This document shows positions 13,472 to 24,489 of a stretch of DNA of 64,000 bases, in pieces. Each line of letters begins with the position of its first letter. Position 1 is the stretch's first letter. The notes beneath the pieces were generated by a model. That model worked only from the letters and a program-made list of their open reading frames with translations. It did no database searches and had not been told where the DNA came from. The position numbers and the translations under genes are program-made. This stretch comes from Lama glama (Eukaryota): positions 43,526,001 to 43,590,000 of the forward strand of contig CM052817.1 in the NCBI GenBank assembly GCA_028534125.1. Direction: 5' to 3'.

Positions 13472-16400
13472 TAGTGTGGTTGTTTTAACTTCTCTTCTTA
13501 TGGGTTCTTATATCTATGATTTTCATGCACAGTTCAATAGTGCCACCAGAGTGAAACAGAGGTTCACTGAAAAGAGGGGCAAGACAGGCAAGGAAGAATG
13601 TTCTTGGGATGGGCAAGCTCAGTCTGGATCCAGATTAAGATATAAAACCAGGGCCTCTAAGAAGAGGTAATGGAACTACCACTCTGGTAGAGAGAATACA
13701 GTAAGTCCAGGACAAGTAGTACCCAAGAGCCATGCGGGAAGGGTGCAAGGTCATGCGGTACGGGGAGAAGGGCAAAGAGCACCCACACACAGGTCAAGCC
13801 TGACCATCAGGCTGGGGCTGATTAAGAGACGGGCTGCTGATTCCTGGAAATGGCTCACAACAGGACAGGTGGCAAAAACCAAAGCAGAACCCCCAATCTT
13901 AGGACCTGACGTCCATGGGGTCAAGAAGGGACATTAGACCAGATCTTCATGGTGGCAAAGGAAGCCTAGGGGATAAGGCAGAAGCCTGAGCCCTAGGCCT
14001 GAAAGATGAGTTTGGGGCATTACGAGGGAGATTACTCCTTGGTCCTACCCACTGTGGGAAAGAAGCAACTTACATACTCCTGTCCTCAGTTTACACTGGT
14101 ATAAAACCTGGGTGGTACGGAGCCTTCAGGTAAAGCAATCAAGGCATCAAACTCTCAAGTTGGGGAAGGCAGAGGAAATGAAGCAGTGACTGTGGGGGGG
14201 CACATAATGTGATCTATATTTATAACACTACTCAGTTTAATCAAGCACAAGAACATAACAATAATATTAATACATGCACACATATGTGCACCTTTGTAGG
14301 CATATCTGTGTGTGTGTGCATATACATATATGTATATTCCATAAAACTCAAGGGAAAGGGGACAACGATAAAGGCCCCTAAGGATGAAGTTCTCTGGCAG
14401 GACTTAGAGTCTCTTTTCACCCCTCTCTGGTTTACAAGCTCCCACTCTTATTGAAGAGTCGTGTGTCTATGTGCCACTTGGCTCTGCCCCTTATCTCTCA
14501 CTCTGCCCTGTGTTCAACATAGTGAGCATGAATATTAATCAGGTAATTTCTGGTAATGAGTTTCCTCAGCACAGTGTTCACTTTCTTTTGGTTTTGATGG
14601 GTCACTAAAGTGGCAAGTGATGCCAGTCATAAAATAAGTGACCCTGCCAAAAGGAATCAACCCAGAAAAACCTGTTGTTACCAGAACATGACCGGCTTCA
14701 TTTTGAAATGTTTAGCACTTTCTGGAAGAGCGCTGGCTGACTGACCGACTTCTAAGGTCAATGGTGAAAAGTTACCAAAAATGGTACAAGTTATGGATAC
14801 TGCAAAAAATTCATATAATGAGAAAGCTTATTTGGAAAGATTATTTGGGCAGTCTTGGCATCAAAACAGTATATAGAAATTGATCACAAGTTTAGCTTTA
14901 ATTTTTAAGATCATTCTCTCTCTCTCTTCTCCCTCCTCTTGCTCTCTTCTTCCCTCTCATTTTGCTCTCTTCTTTCATTTTATGCATAAAAATGCAACCA
15001 GGCTGAACTAAAGCAAATTGGTTTAATTCCCTGGAGGGAGCATGAGCAAATTTCCCAGCAACTTTCTGCGAAGGCGTTTGTGTGCAGGGATGTGGATGGA
15101 GCGTGGAAGCAGCCAGCTACATACACCAGTAATCAAATGAAACAGTACTCATTTCAAAGTGCCCTGAAACAGCATTAACACTATCAGCTAAAACACTGGG
15201 CTTGGGGAAAAGGTATGTGCCCCACTGCGCCCCCCCAAAAAAGAGAAAGAAAGAAAAAAGTAAACATGTAGGTGGGACGTGGGGCAGGGGGTGGAGGTGG
15301 AATGGAGGGAAGAGTCAAATCTAGGGGGAATTAATTCCCTTTCAAAGGCAAACCTGTCGGAGGGCTAGCAGGAGGTCTCTTTGATGGGCTGGAAGAAGGG
15401 AGTAAAGAGTACATTCAATAATTTCATCAAATTGAAATTTCAGCAGTTTACCTAAATTGCCAATCCATTAGACACTTATAAAAGCGTTTGTATGTGCCCA
15501 CTTTGAGCCTGACCTAAAATAACAGGTAAACAGAACATGGTAAGTAATACAATTAAGAGTTCTTTTCTCTTTCAGGGCTGAGACCTCTGTTGAAACACTG
15601 GTCCTTCAAGGATCACCAAGGGGTAGTACATTCCTTTATTCCTCAAACACTTGTTCAACAAATGTTGAACTAATCGGAACCCTTCCTGCGTCCCTTGATG
15701 TCGGGGATACAGAAATACGGAAGAATTCTTACACATCTCAAGGAGCCCCCAAGCCGGACTGAGAAGCTAGCATGCTTCCATTTCTGTAATGTGACTGGCT
15801 CCAGGCCCCACTCTGCTCACATCTGCATGATGTGCACAGTACCAGTGTTTCCTCCCACGATGCTTTCCACAATCCCGTGGACTCCCCTTATGACCATGAC
15901 CTGGAGTGGAAGCGGCCATCAGCCTCCCCGACAGAGGACCTTCACCTGGCCTTGAAGCTCAGTCAGCCGGCAAGCCTGTGAATACCATGCACTGCGCTTT
16001 TAACATTTTCCCTCCAAGTGATTTTCCTGAAAATCTAACCAAGGGCATGAAAGAGAGGATCATATCAGCTGAGCCTCAGACTGGCCCACCTCCCGCTTCT
16101 CAGCTGCAGAGCCTAGCTACCACGGTTCCCTGGTATGACGTCCAAGACCCTCCCTCTGGCCCATCTGCCTCTTCAGGTTTACCTGACACTGCACATCCTG
16201 CCTTAGGTTCGGGGCACATCTGACTCCCGGTCTCTCCCCAAAGACAAACTTAGGATTCTGCCTCTTGTCTTTGCTTTCACCATCACCTCCTTCCCCTATT
16301 TCTGCATTTAAAAAATTCTTTATACATTTACTTTTTTACTTTATACCCATGAGTATAATCACTATTGAAAAAAATGGTCAAGTATAAACAAACAAATTAT

Positions 16401-17012
16401 ATTATGAGCATTCCTACTTTCAGGGAAGTTATGATATTAAGAATTTCAACTAGGTCTTAATTAGCAATATAAAATTAAAAGTATAAAAAAAAGCAGGCAT
16501 ACATAGCCACTAAAGTAACAGACACTAGTATGTGTGCTAAGTACGCAGATGCTCAAGTGGAACAAACTTAAAAGCCCGCTTTTGTTTTGTTTGTCCAAGT
16601 TTGTTATTATGATGTCACTTTTTTATTTCCGCTTCCCCCTCTCTCTTTAGGCGACAATAAAGTTTTAAAATATACAGATGTATTTTCCCCTTCGTTTTCA
16701 AGTAAACCCTGTGTACTTACACGACGAAGCAATCTAACTTACAACATAACAGCAACTGGAACCAAAAGTATGATGTTAATTAGTGTCCCAGTGCCCCCAG
16801 ACATGTGTAAAAGGACTTCCAGAAATCGTATCACACACATGTCCCTAAAGCTCCAATAAAATTATAAAAACAATGTGTGTCAGCTCTCTCACCCACTGTT
16901 CTCAAGCCATCTGGAGTGTCATTCAGAATCTCTTCTCCTACTTACAGCTGCGGGTGGCCCGGGATAACCGGGGAGAGGGGGTGGCCTTCTCGGGGGCCGG
17001 GTAGGTGATTAC

Positions 17013-17147
17013 CTGCACAGGAGTGGCGGTCTTGGTAGAAGCCGTTCCCACAGGAGGACACACACTGGCCGTCCTGCATCAGCAGGGGAGGCTGGCAGGA
17101 CGAGCACTCCAGGCCGCTGGTGCACGTGGAGCACTGGGGCTGGCAGG
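17013..17147 (-). CDS. FRAS1: FRAS1 coding exon (exon 14 equivalent), furin-like repeat 2
   Basis: 135 bp, phase 1-1, acceptor ...ctggagctag| and donor |gtaatc. Translates (A)CQPQCSTCTSGLECSSCQPPLLMQDGQCVSSCGNGFYQDRHSCA. Confidence 0.96.
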
Positions 17148-17289
17148 CTAGCTCCAGACAAGGTTGGGAGAAAGGGAAAGGGAACCTCTGATTAGCTCAC
17201 TGGCATCACCCCGATGCCGATTCCCACACCGCCCCATTCTGAGGCTCTGAGACACAGGGAAGAAGACAGGCTGGAAAATAATGTTACCA

Positions 17290-18120
17290 CCGTCATTTAT
17301 GTAGCACATATTTCACACCAGGCACTGTGCAAAGTGCTTTACGTGTATGGATGCGTTTAATCTTCACAACTCCATGAGGCAGACAGTATTAACCCCAATG
17401 TTACAGATGAGGAACAAACTGACAGGCTAAGTAACCTGCCCAAGGTCAAGGTCCCATGAAGCTGGCACTTGCAGCCAGGCAGTTAGGCTCAGAGGTCTGT
17501 GCTCTTTTCTTCTTATCCAATGCCCCCAATATCCTTCTCATTCAACCATTTTACAAGAGTATCCCTTATGGCAAAGACATAAATAACTTCCCAAAAGGCT
17601 GAAGATTATGAATCAGGAGAGAAAGTAGGGAGAAGTGAATAATTACAAAAATAATAAAAACCAGTTGACCTTTATTGAGGCCTGACTATATCCTGGACAC
17701 TATTCTAGGCACTTTACATGTATTGACACATGTAATCCTCACAAGACCCTCCTTGTACCACAAGGTACGTGTATTACCCCACTTCACAGGTAAGAATACT
17801 GAGGCACTGAGAAGTTAACTACTTACAGCCAGGGTATGAACTTACACACTGTTAAATGGTTAATTAACCCCAAGAGTCTGAGATAGGAGGAAAAGCAACT
17901 ATGATTTGGCCTCAACCAAGCCAAATTCTCCCAGCTAAGTGCTCCTTCTCAGAAGTACTATAGGATCCTGCGGTAACCCAAAAGAGATAAGCTCTGTTAC
18001 CAATTATCTATGTGATATTAAGCAAGCCAGCTAGTCCTCTGGCCCACAGGTTCCTCATTTGCAAAATGAGAAAGTTCTAGTAAGTGATCTCGAAGGTCTG
18101 TGTCAACTCTGAAGCTCTAC
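17290..18120. mobile_element. MIR cluster in intron 13
   Basis: Three MIR cores: ttacagatgagga...aagtaacctgcccaaggtca (17401-17448), cccacttcacaggtaagaatactgaggcac (17778-17807) and ttcctcatttgcaaaatg (18051-18068). Confidence 0.8.
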
Positions 18121-18445
18121 CTGGATTAACTGAGCGTTTTTATGAATGACATCAGGCATCCTGATGGCATTACTACCCTTTAAAGTCTTCGAAAATAAAA
18201 AATCGAGCCATGAATACCTAGCAAGCATCTGACCACCCAATCATCTATCTCCCAGTCATCTAAGTGTGGAAACACCTGCAAAATGTCAGAAGAAAGAGAC
18301 CTGCAAGTAAAGAGGTCGAGGAGCCTAAAGATGATGTTACCACCTTCTGTTGGTTTTTGGAAATTGTGCATTTCCTGCATCATGACCCCCTCCTGTACAA
18401 CAGTGAGCCTCTGTCCCTCTCTGGGCTGTCTGCATGGAGCCATAC

Positions 18446-18589
18446 CTAAACAGAGGGCACCAGCTTGATAAAATCCCAGGCCACAGCTGTGCACACACCG
18501 TCCGTTCCGCAACAACTTTGTAGGGTCCTGACACAGGTCACAGTGGTCCGGAGACTGAGAGCAGGTCAAGCAGTCTGGGTGGCAATGAA
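18446..18589 (-). CDS. FRAS1: FRAS1 coding exon (exon 13 equivalent), furin-like repeat 1
   Basis: 144 bp, phase 1-1, acceptor ...ttgattgtag| and donor |gtatgg. Translates (V)HCHPDCLTCSQSPDHCDLCQDPTKLLRNGRCVHSCGLGFYQAGALCL, visible inside ORF 18180..18752. Confidence 0.97.
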
Positions 18590-20019
18590 CTACAATCAAG
18601 GGCAAAGAGGAGAACTCAGTGGAGAACATGTGATTTCTCTCACATCTTGTGACAAAGGATCTACAGGGTATATGGACCTGTACAGTATAGAGAATAGAAA
18701 ACTCTGGAACTTGGGTATGAAAAAGGACCCCAAATAGCAAAACTGATTTCAATGCAAAATTTCAAGGAATCATTCCTTGTCTAAAATGCTATCACTGTCT
18801 CCTCTACCCCAAATTGAAGACTCTAAAATCATTACCAAACCTTCCCCGTTAATGCCTCTACCTCTTGAAACAGGAATGACTAGCTCCATAAAGATGATTA
18901 AAGCAGAATCAATAATTTATCATTTCTTAGATGTTCTTCTTAAGCTTTGGTGTACATAAAAAGACATAAAACCTACAATGTTTAAGAACAGTCGTTATTT
19001 TCCAAAATATTTTATATATATATATAGCCAGTTTTCTTCTTTTTCTCCAAAATTTCAAATCTCATTCTCAGTAATTGGGATCATCCCTGAACTTGGTAGT
19101 AATTGTCAGCAAAGGACTTCTTTCAGGTTTCAAAGTTGTCAAGGACCTGATTTTCAAGGAATGGTATGTTATAATATGCCAGATGTTCGTTTTGGAAAGC
19201 CCAGAGAGCCACTTTGGTGAGGATAATGTAATGAAACCAGAGCGTTGCTATGCTTTTCCCATGATAAACTCTTCCCAGAAACACTGATTAGCCAAAATAA
19301 GGTGAGTGCGGTAAGAGCAACTGCCAGTGTGAAAAGGTGCAACCCACAGATGACAACAATTAATTATGAAGTATGAACGAAAGGAAATGCCACTTCTCCA
19401 AGAGAGAATGAGCTTATAGGCAAATTACTGCTCAGCCAGAGCAACTCCAGCACTTGCCAACAATTATTAACTGGAACTAATTCAACCCCAGGTGATTTGA
19501 AAGCAGAGTTGCAGAACAAGTAGATAAAATTTTCTTTTGGAAGAAATTAATGAGTCTTTAAACTTCAAAAACCCATTTGAGCACTCCAAAAGGAAACATC
19601 TGTTTAACAGTTCACCTTAAAAAAAGGAATATCCATAACAAACTTCCAGCAATTCTTAGATCGTCAACAGTGGAAGAGTCGTAACACGTATATTTGCCTT
19701 TACAAGTTTTCAAACATTCAGTTATTTGATTTTCACAATAATTTTGCAAGATAGCTAAGGCACGTCTTATCAGCAAGAACATAAGATTCAGAGAGGGTCA
19801 AGGACTTGTGCAAGGTCATATACTCATAATCAGTTGAATTTGGCAAACACATGGACAAAGATTAATTAGCATCATTTGTTAGAAAAATTAAGAAGAAACA
19901 AACGAACAAACCCAGTGGGTTTAGTCAAAGAAAAAGCAGCAAGGGGTTGGAGGAGAGATCTCTCTGAATTTTTTGGCAGTAGAATTATCTCAGCAGAAAT
20001 AAACTGGACATGGACCCAC

Positions 20020-20167
20020 CTGATGTACACTCTGGACAGCACTGTCCCTTCGCCACCTGGGCTAGCGTGGCTACTGGACATGGAGGACAAGAGGGCTTGT
20101 AGCAAGTCACCTGAGTCCCCCGGCACTCACACACCTTGCAAGGGCCATCCTCCCATGTCGCCCCCTC
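20020..20167 (-). CDS. FRAS1: FRAS1 coding exon (exon 12 equivalent), last VWC repeat
   Basis: 148 bp, phase 0-1, acceptor ...tgtcctgtag| and donor |gtgggt. Translates EGATWEDGPCKVCECRGTQVTCYKPSCPPCPVATLAQVAKGQCCPECTS. Confidence 0.96.
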
Positions 20168-20476
20168 CTACAGGACACAGTAAAGAATGGTGTTGTTATC
20201 AGGGTGCAGAGATTCAGAAGTCAGTTTGCTGGTGGAGAACGTATAATTTCCGTAAGAGACAAAGTGAAGGCTCGTGATCAGTACCATGGCAAACCCAGCT
20301 CTGAAACAGGACAGCAGTAGAAGAGTCCTAAGTTTAAAGGATAGCACTTCTCCTTTGTTTATAATTGGTTTATTCTGATGTAGAACCTAGGCAGAAAGGT
20401 AAAGTGCAAAAGCATTGTGGGGCTTCCAAAACAAGCAAGAAGCATCTAACACTTGATTCTCAACATATCTCACAAA

Positions 20477-20504
20477 ACAACAACAACAACAACAACAACA
20501 ACAA
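20477..20504. repeat. (AAC)n microsatellite
   Basis: About 9 units. Confidence 0.95.
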
Positions 20505-21649
20505 AAACCTCCAGAGGGGATTACTATGTACCTAGTGATTAGCAGGTACATTAAATACAATCTTTATAACAGTAGGAAACTGGTTAAAACTCTGAATTTC
20601 CTTATTGTTACTACAGTAAGAATAACACTAGGTCATCGTGTTCTTAGAATGACAGCTCTCATGTGTCCACTTTTTGTGGGCTGTGGATGTGCCATGGGCT
20701 TTCTTCCACTCAGTATTCTTCTCGGCCAAGCAAATTAGGGTAATAAACATTAGTAATTTGACAGAGAGTCCAAAGTGAATTATAAAGAGCAGTTCCTTTT
20801 TGCTCGCTGTCCTACTCACCCTGGAGATGAAAAAGAGAGACAAAGGTTCCTACCAGAACGTTTGGGGAGATGAAGGAGGTAAAACTGAAGAGAATAAAAG
20901 AGCATATTTTAAACTAAAGCTTTGATAAAATGCTTATGAAGCCCACTGATGTTAAGTATTCCAAACAATTAATGTGACAGTATTTAGCAACAGTGAATGA
21001 CAATGTTAGGAAAATGAGGACTATTATCTTGGGGAGGTAGAAGTGCTTTCCTCCCATTTCAAGACAAACTGGATTCCTGACCCCCTTATTCTATAACCTC
21101 CAAAACTGTAAGCTTGCTCGTGTGAACAAACATGCTTGCACTTTCCCTTAAAAAGAAACAACATCGTAGTCCCGCAAACAACGTACACAGAACGAACACC
21201 CCCCAGACCGAAGAAGCTCTCTCTCTAATGCTTGGCGGTACTGGAAATTGGGCTGACAGTTAAACTGAGTTTTCCAAGCCAAAAAAAATCAGGAGAAAAT
21301 CATCACAAAAAAGAGAAAGGTGTAGGGGCTTGTAGCTGGGGAAGTATTCATTATGAATTGTCGGGTGGGGGAGAGCTAAAGAAAGGAGGAAAAGTTCAGT
21401 GAGTCAAAGTCTTACTTTCATTATGATTTTTTTTTAAGTCAACCCACTTATTGGAGATTGGTAGATCATTTTTGGGAGGTCTCACTTGAGGGAAATCAAA
21501 CACAAGCTAGATATCTGTAGATATTGAGGCAGAGAGCTACAGGGCATTAGACGTGCAGTTTTGGGTCTTCTGGGTTTGCCTCATGTGATCGAAACTAACC
21601 AGAGACTATGGCAATTACATTTTCTTTTTTCCAGTTTTTAAAATTTTTT

Positions 21650-21730
21650 AAAAAATCGAAGTATAGTTGATTTACAATGTTGTGTTAGCTCCTGGTGTAC
21701 AGCACAGTGACTCAGTTACACGTATCAGTG
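21650..21730 (-). mobile_element. L1 3'-terminal fragment running into the gap
   Basis: gaagtatagttgatttacaatgttgtgttagctcctggtgtacagcacagtgactcagttac, the same family as copies at 13195, 34985 and 36880. Confidence 0.85.
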
Positions 21731-22230
21731 NNNNNNNNNNNNNNNNNNNNNNNNNNNNNNNNNNNNNNNNNNNNNNNNNNNNNNNNNNNNNNNNNNNNNN
21801 NNNNNNNNNNNNNNNNNNNNNNNNNNNNNNNNNNNNNNNNNNNNNNNNNNNNNNNNNNNNNNNNNNNNNNNNNNNNNNNNNNNNNNNNNNNNNNNNNNNN
21901 NNNNNNNNNNNNNNNNNNNNNNNNNNNNNNNNNNNNNNNNNNNNNNNNNNNNNNNNNNNNNNNNNNNNNNNNNNNNNNNNNNNNNNNNNNNNNNNNNNNN
22001 NNNNNNNNNNNNNNNNNNNNNNNNNNNNNNNNNNNNNNNNNNNNNNNNNNNNNNNNNNNNNNNNNNNNNNNNNNNNNNNNNNNNNNNNNNNNNNNNNNNN
22101 NNNNNNNNNNNNNNNNNNNNNNNNNNNNNNNNNNNNNNNNNNNNNNNNNNNNNNNNNNNNNNNNNNNNNNNNNNNNNNNNNNNNNNNNNNNNNNNNNNNN
22201 NNNNNNNNNNNNNNNNNNNNNNNNNNNNNN
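21731..22230. other. Assembly gap (exactly 500 N)
   Basis: Run of 500 n. The round size suggests a placeholder of unknown true length. Confidence 0.99.
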
Positions 22231-22297
22231 ACTGAATCACTTTGCTGCACACCTAAAACTAACATAAATTGTAAATTAACTATACTTCAATTTAAAA
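22231..22297 (+). mobile_element. L1 3'-terminal fragment emerging from the gap (opposite orientation to the left flank)
   Basis: actgaatcactttgctgcacacctaaaactaacataaattgtaaattaactatacttcaa is the reverse complement of the left-flank family. Confidence 0.85.
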
Positions 22298-22305
22298 TGG
22301 TAAAA

Positions 22306-22818
22306 GAAACAACCTAAATGTCCATCAACAGATGACTGGATAAAGAAGATGTGGTATATTTATACAATGGAATACTATTCAGCCATAAAAACCGACAGCA
22401 TAACACCATTTGCAGCAACATGGATGTTCCTGGAGAATGTCATCCTAAGTGAAGTAAGCCAGAAAGAGGAAGAAAAATACCATATGAGATCGCTCATATG
22501 TGGAATCTAAAAAAAAAACAAACCATAAATATAAAACAGAAACAGACTCATAGACATAGAATACAAACTTGTGGTTGCCAAGGGGGCAGAGGGTGGGAAG
22601 AGACAGACTGGGACTTCAAAATGTAGAGTAGATAAACAAGATTATACTGTACAGCACAGGGAAATATATACAAGATCTTGTGGTAGCTCACAGCGAAAAA
22701 AAATGTGACAATGAATATATGTATGTTCATGTCTAACTGAAAAATTGTGCTCTACACTGAAATTTGACACAACATTGTAAAATGACTATTACTCAATAAA
22801 AAAAAGTTTAAAAAAAAG
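22306..22818 (+). mobile_element. Young 5'-truncated camelid-type L1 3' end
   Basis: ORF2 end plus 3'UTR (aaatgtccatcaacagatgactggataaagaagatgtgg...gacacaacattgtaaaatgac), then AATAAA and an A-rich tail. Confidence 0.9.
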
Positions 22819-23674
22819 ATAAGAAGATTGCACATGTGCACAAACATAACACGAGCAAACAAATGACAAGTGTCATTAGAGCCATTCATGCTAAGATTAA
22901 TTGAACTCTGATGTCTCATGTCCTGGTACCACCTCTTATTTAAGATGTTTGTTGTCCCTCCAGATCCTGGCCCTATTTTGGATCCTGGGGCTCCTTCACT
23001 TGAAAGATTCAGCTTAAGGTCTTGATCCTGAACCACACACCTGTTCCAATCATAATGAACTGGCATTAATTCCATCATCACTCTGCCCTGCAGCACTTCC
23101 CATTTCACAGGGGATCCTTTTGTGTGATGTGCAAATTTCCACCACCCACCATAACACAGACTGAATTAAGCAGCGCAGGATGACACACGGTGTGAAGACG
23201 TACATCCTGCTTGGGTGTCATTCAGCAGTACATTGTGCAGAAGTGAAAGAATGGCTTCCTCAGGTAATGTGGAGACAGGGGCTCGAGTGAGATGATCCTG
23301 TCCCATGGGGAAAGTGCACTGTACTCACAGAGTTTTAGGTACACACGCTGAATAGCAGCCTAGAGTGGATATATCAAATCCGGCTAACCTATGCTCTCTC
23401 CTGAATGGGCAGAGACACTAACTTGGGGAAAGTTCTGTATCCGGTGGAAGATGAGGATTAAAGCAAAGAGCCTCTTTCTATCACATTCAACCTCACCTGC
23501 TGCCTCAAGGGAACATGTAGGTACAAGTGGAGATGAGCTGTAGCCATCCTATTTTCATAATTTCTATTATAAATCTTGCAATGATCCTTTTAAATCAGTA
23601 TTTAATATCTCTAAATTAATCCTACAGGATCTGGAATGAGAAAGTATAATAAAAGAACTTTAGTACTGATTTCC

Positions 23675-23893
23675 AGTACTGTAATTCTAAACGGGAAGGG
23701 GCTGGGGAGAAGTGAGCTTTTTGCCCCCTGCGGGAAATTTGGCCACGCCTGCAGACATTTTCTGGTTGTCAGAATGCGGACAGTGCTATCTGGTGGGTAG
23801 AGACCAGAAATGCTGCTAATCATCCAACAATACATAAGATGGCCCCCCAAAATAAAGCCTAAAACATTAATAGTGCTCAAGTTTAGACACTGC
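23675..23893. mobile_element. MER20 (hAT-Charlie) non-autonomous DNA transposon
   Basis: tttgccccctgcgggaaatttggc...agacattttctggttgtca...gggtagagaccagaaatgctgctaatcatcc. Confidence 0.8.
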
Positions 23894-24396
23894 ATCCTGA
23901 ATGAGGAGTAAGAAGACCAGGGTTCTAGGCCAGGTCACACCACTTATTAGTAAGATATTGGGAAGTACCTTAAACTCTTGCAATTCGACTTCTTCATCTT
24001 TAACACAAGAGTAATAACATCTGCTCTACTAACCCACTCAGGGTTGTTTGTAACTATCAAGTGAAAACACGTACATGGTACCCAAAGGGAAGCCAGTCCT
24101 TGCACTATTCAGCAACATGGCTTCTTCATCAAACATTCTCAGACTATTCTTTCTACAGACACAAATTCAATTGACAAATGTTTATGGGGGCTATGGAATA
24201 AACAGGACAGTTTTAATCTTATTCGAGAAACCTTAATGCCCACAGAAAGTCAAATGAGCTTGAGATCCTCCACAACCCAAACCAAAAAAGAAAGAAAGAA
24301 AGAAAATCCTCTCTTGTCAACACAAGTTTAGCATTCAGCCCTCCCTTGTCAATGAGCTACAGACACAGAATCAACCATGGGTCAGAAAATACTTAC

Positions 24397-24489
24397 TGCG
24401 TGGATTTTCTTTTCATGATGGCAAGATCCGGGAGTCCCCGGCACACACTCAGGGCAGCACTGGTTGGCGGGTATTTGAAGCACTTCTCC
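24397..24489 (-). CDS. FRAS1: FRAS1 coding exon (exon 4 equivalent), end of VWC1 and start of VWC2
   Basis: 93 bp, phase 0-0, acceptor ...aatgctcag| and donor |gtaagt. Translates GEVLQIPANQCCPECVPGTPGSCHHEKKIHA and continues the exon 3 frame. Not in the ORF track. Confidence 0.96.

Noticed and set aside
18180..18752. 190-aa ORF as a stand-alone gene
   Set aside because: Only 18446-18589 is exon. The rest is open intronic frame.
21667..22317. Long ORFs across the N run
   Set aside because: Artefacts of translating N.
23078..23110. Minus-strand NGKCC resembling a VWC CC motif of the missing exons
   Set aside because: Followed by RAE-stop rather than PxC, with no splice sites.
23260..23306. 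Minus-strand HGTGSSHSSPC resembling the start of exon 5 (HGTEWASSPC)
   Set aside because: No AG acceptor, no conserved Trp, and a stop follows within a few codons.
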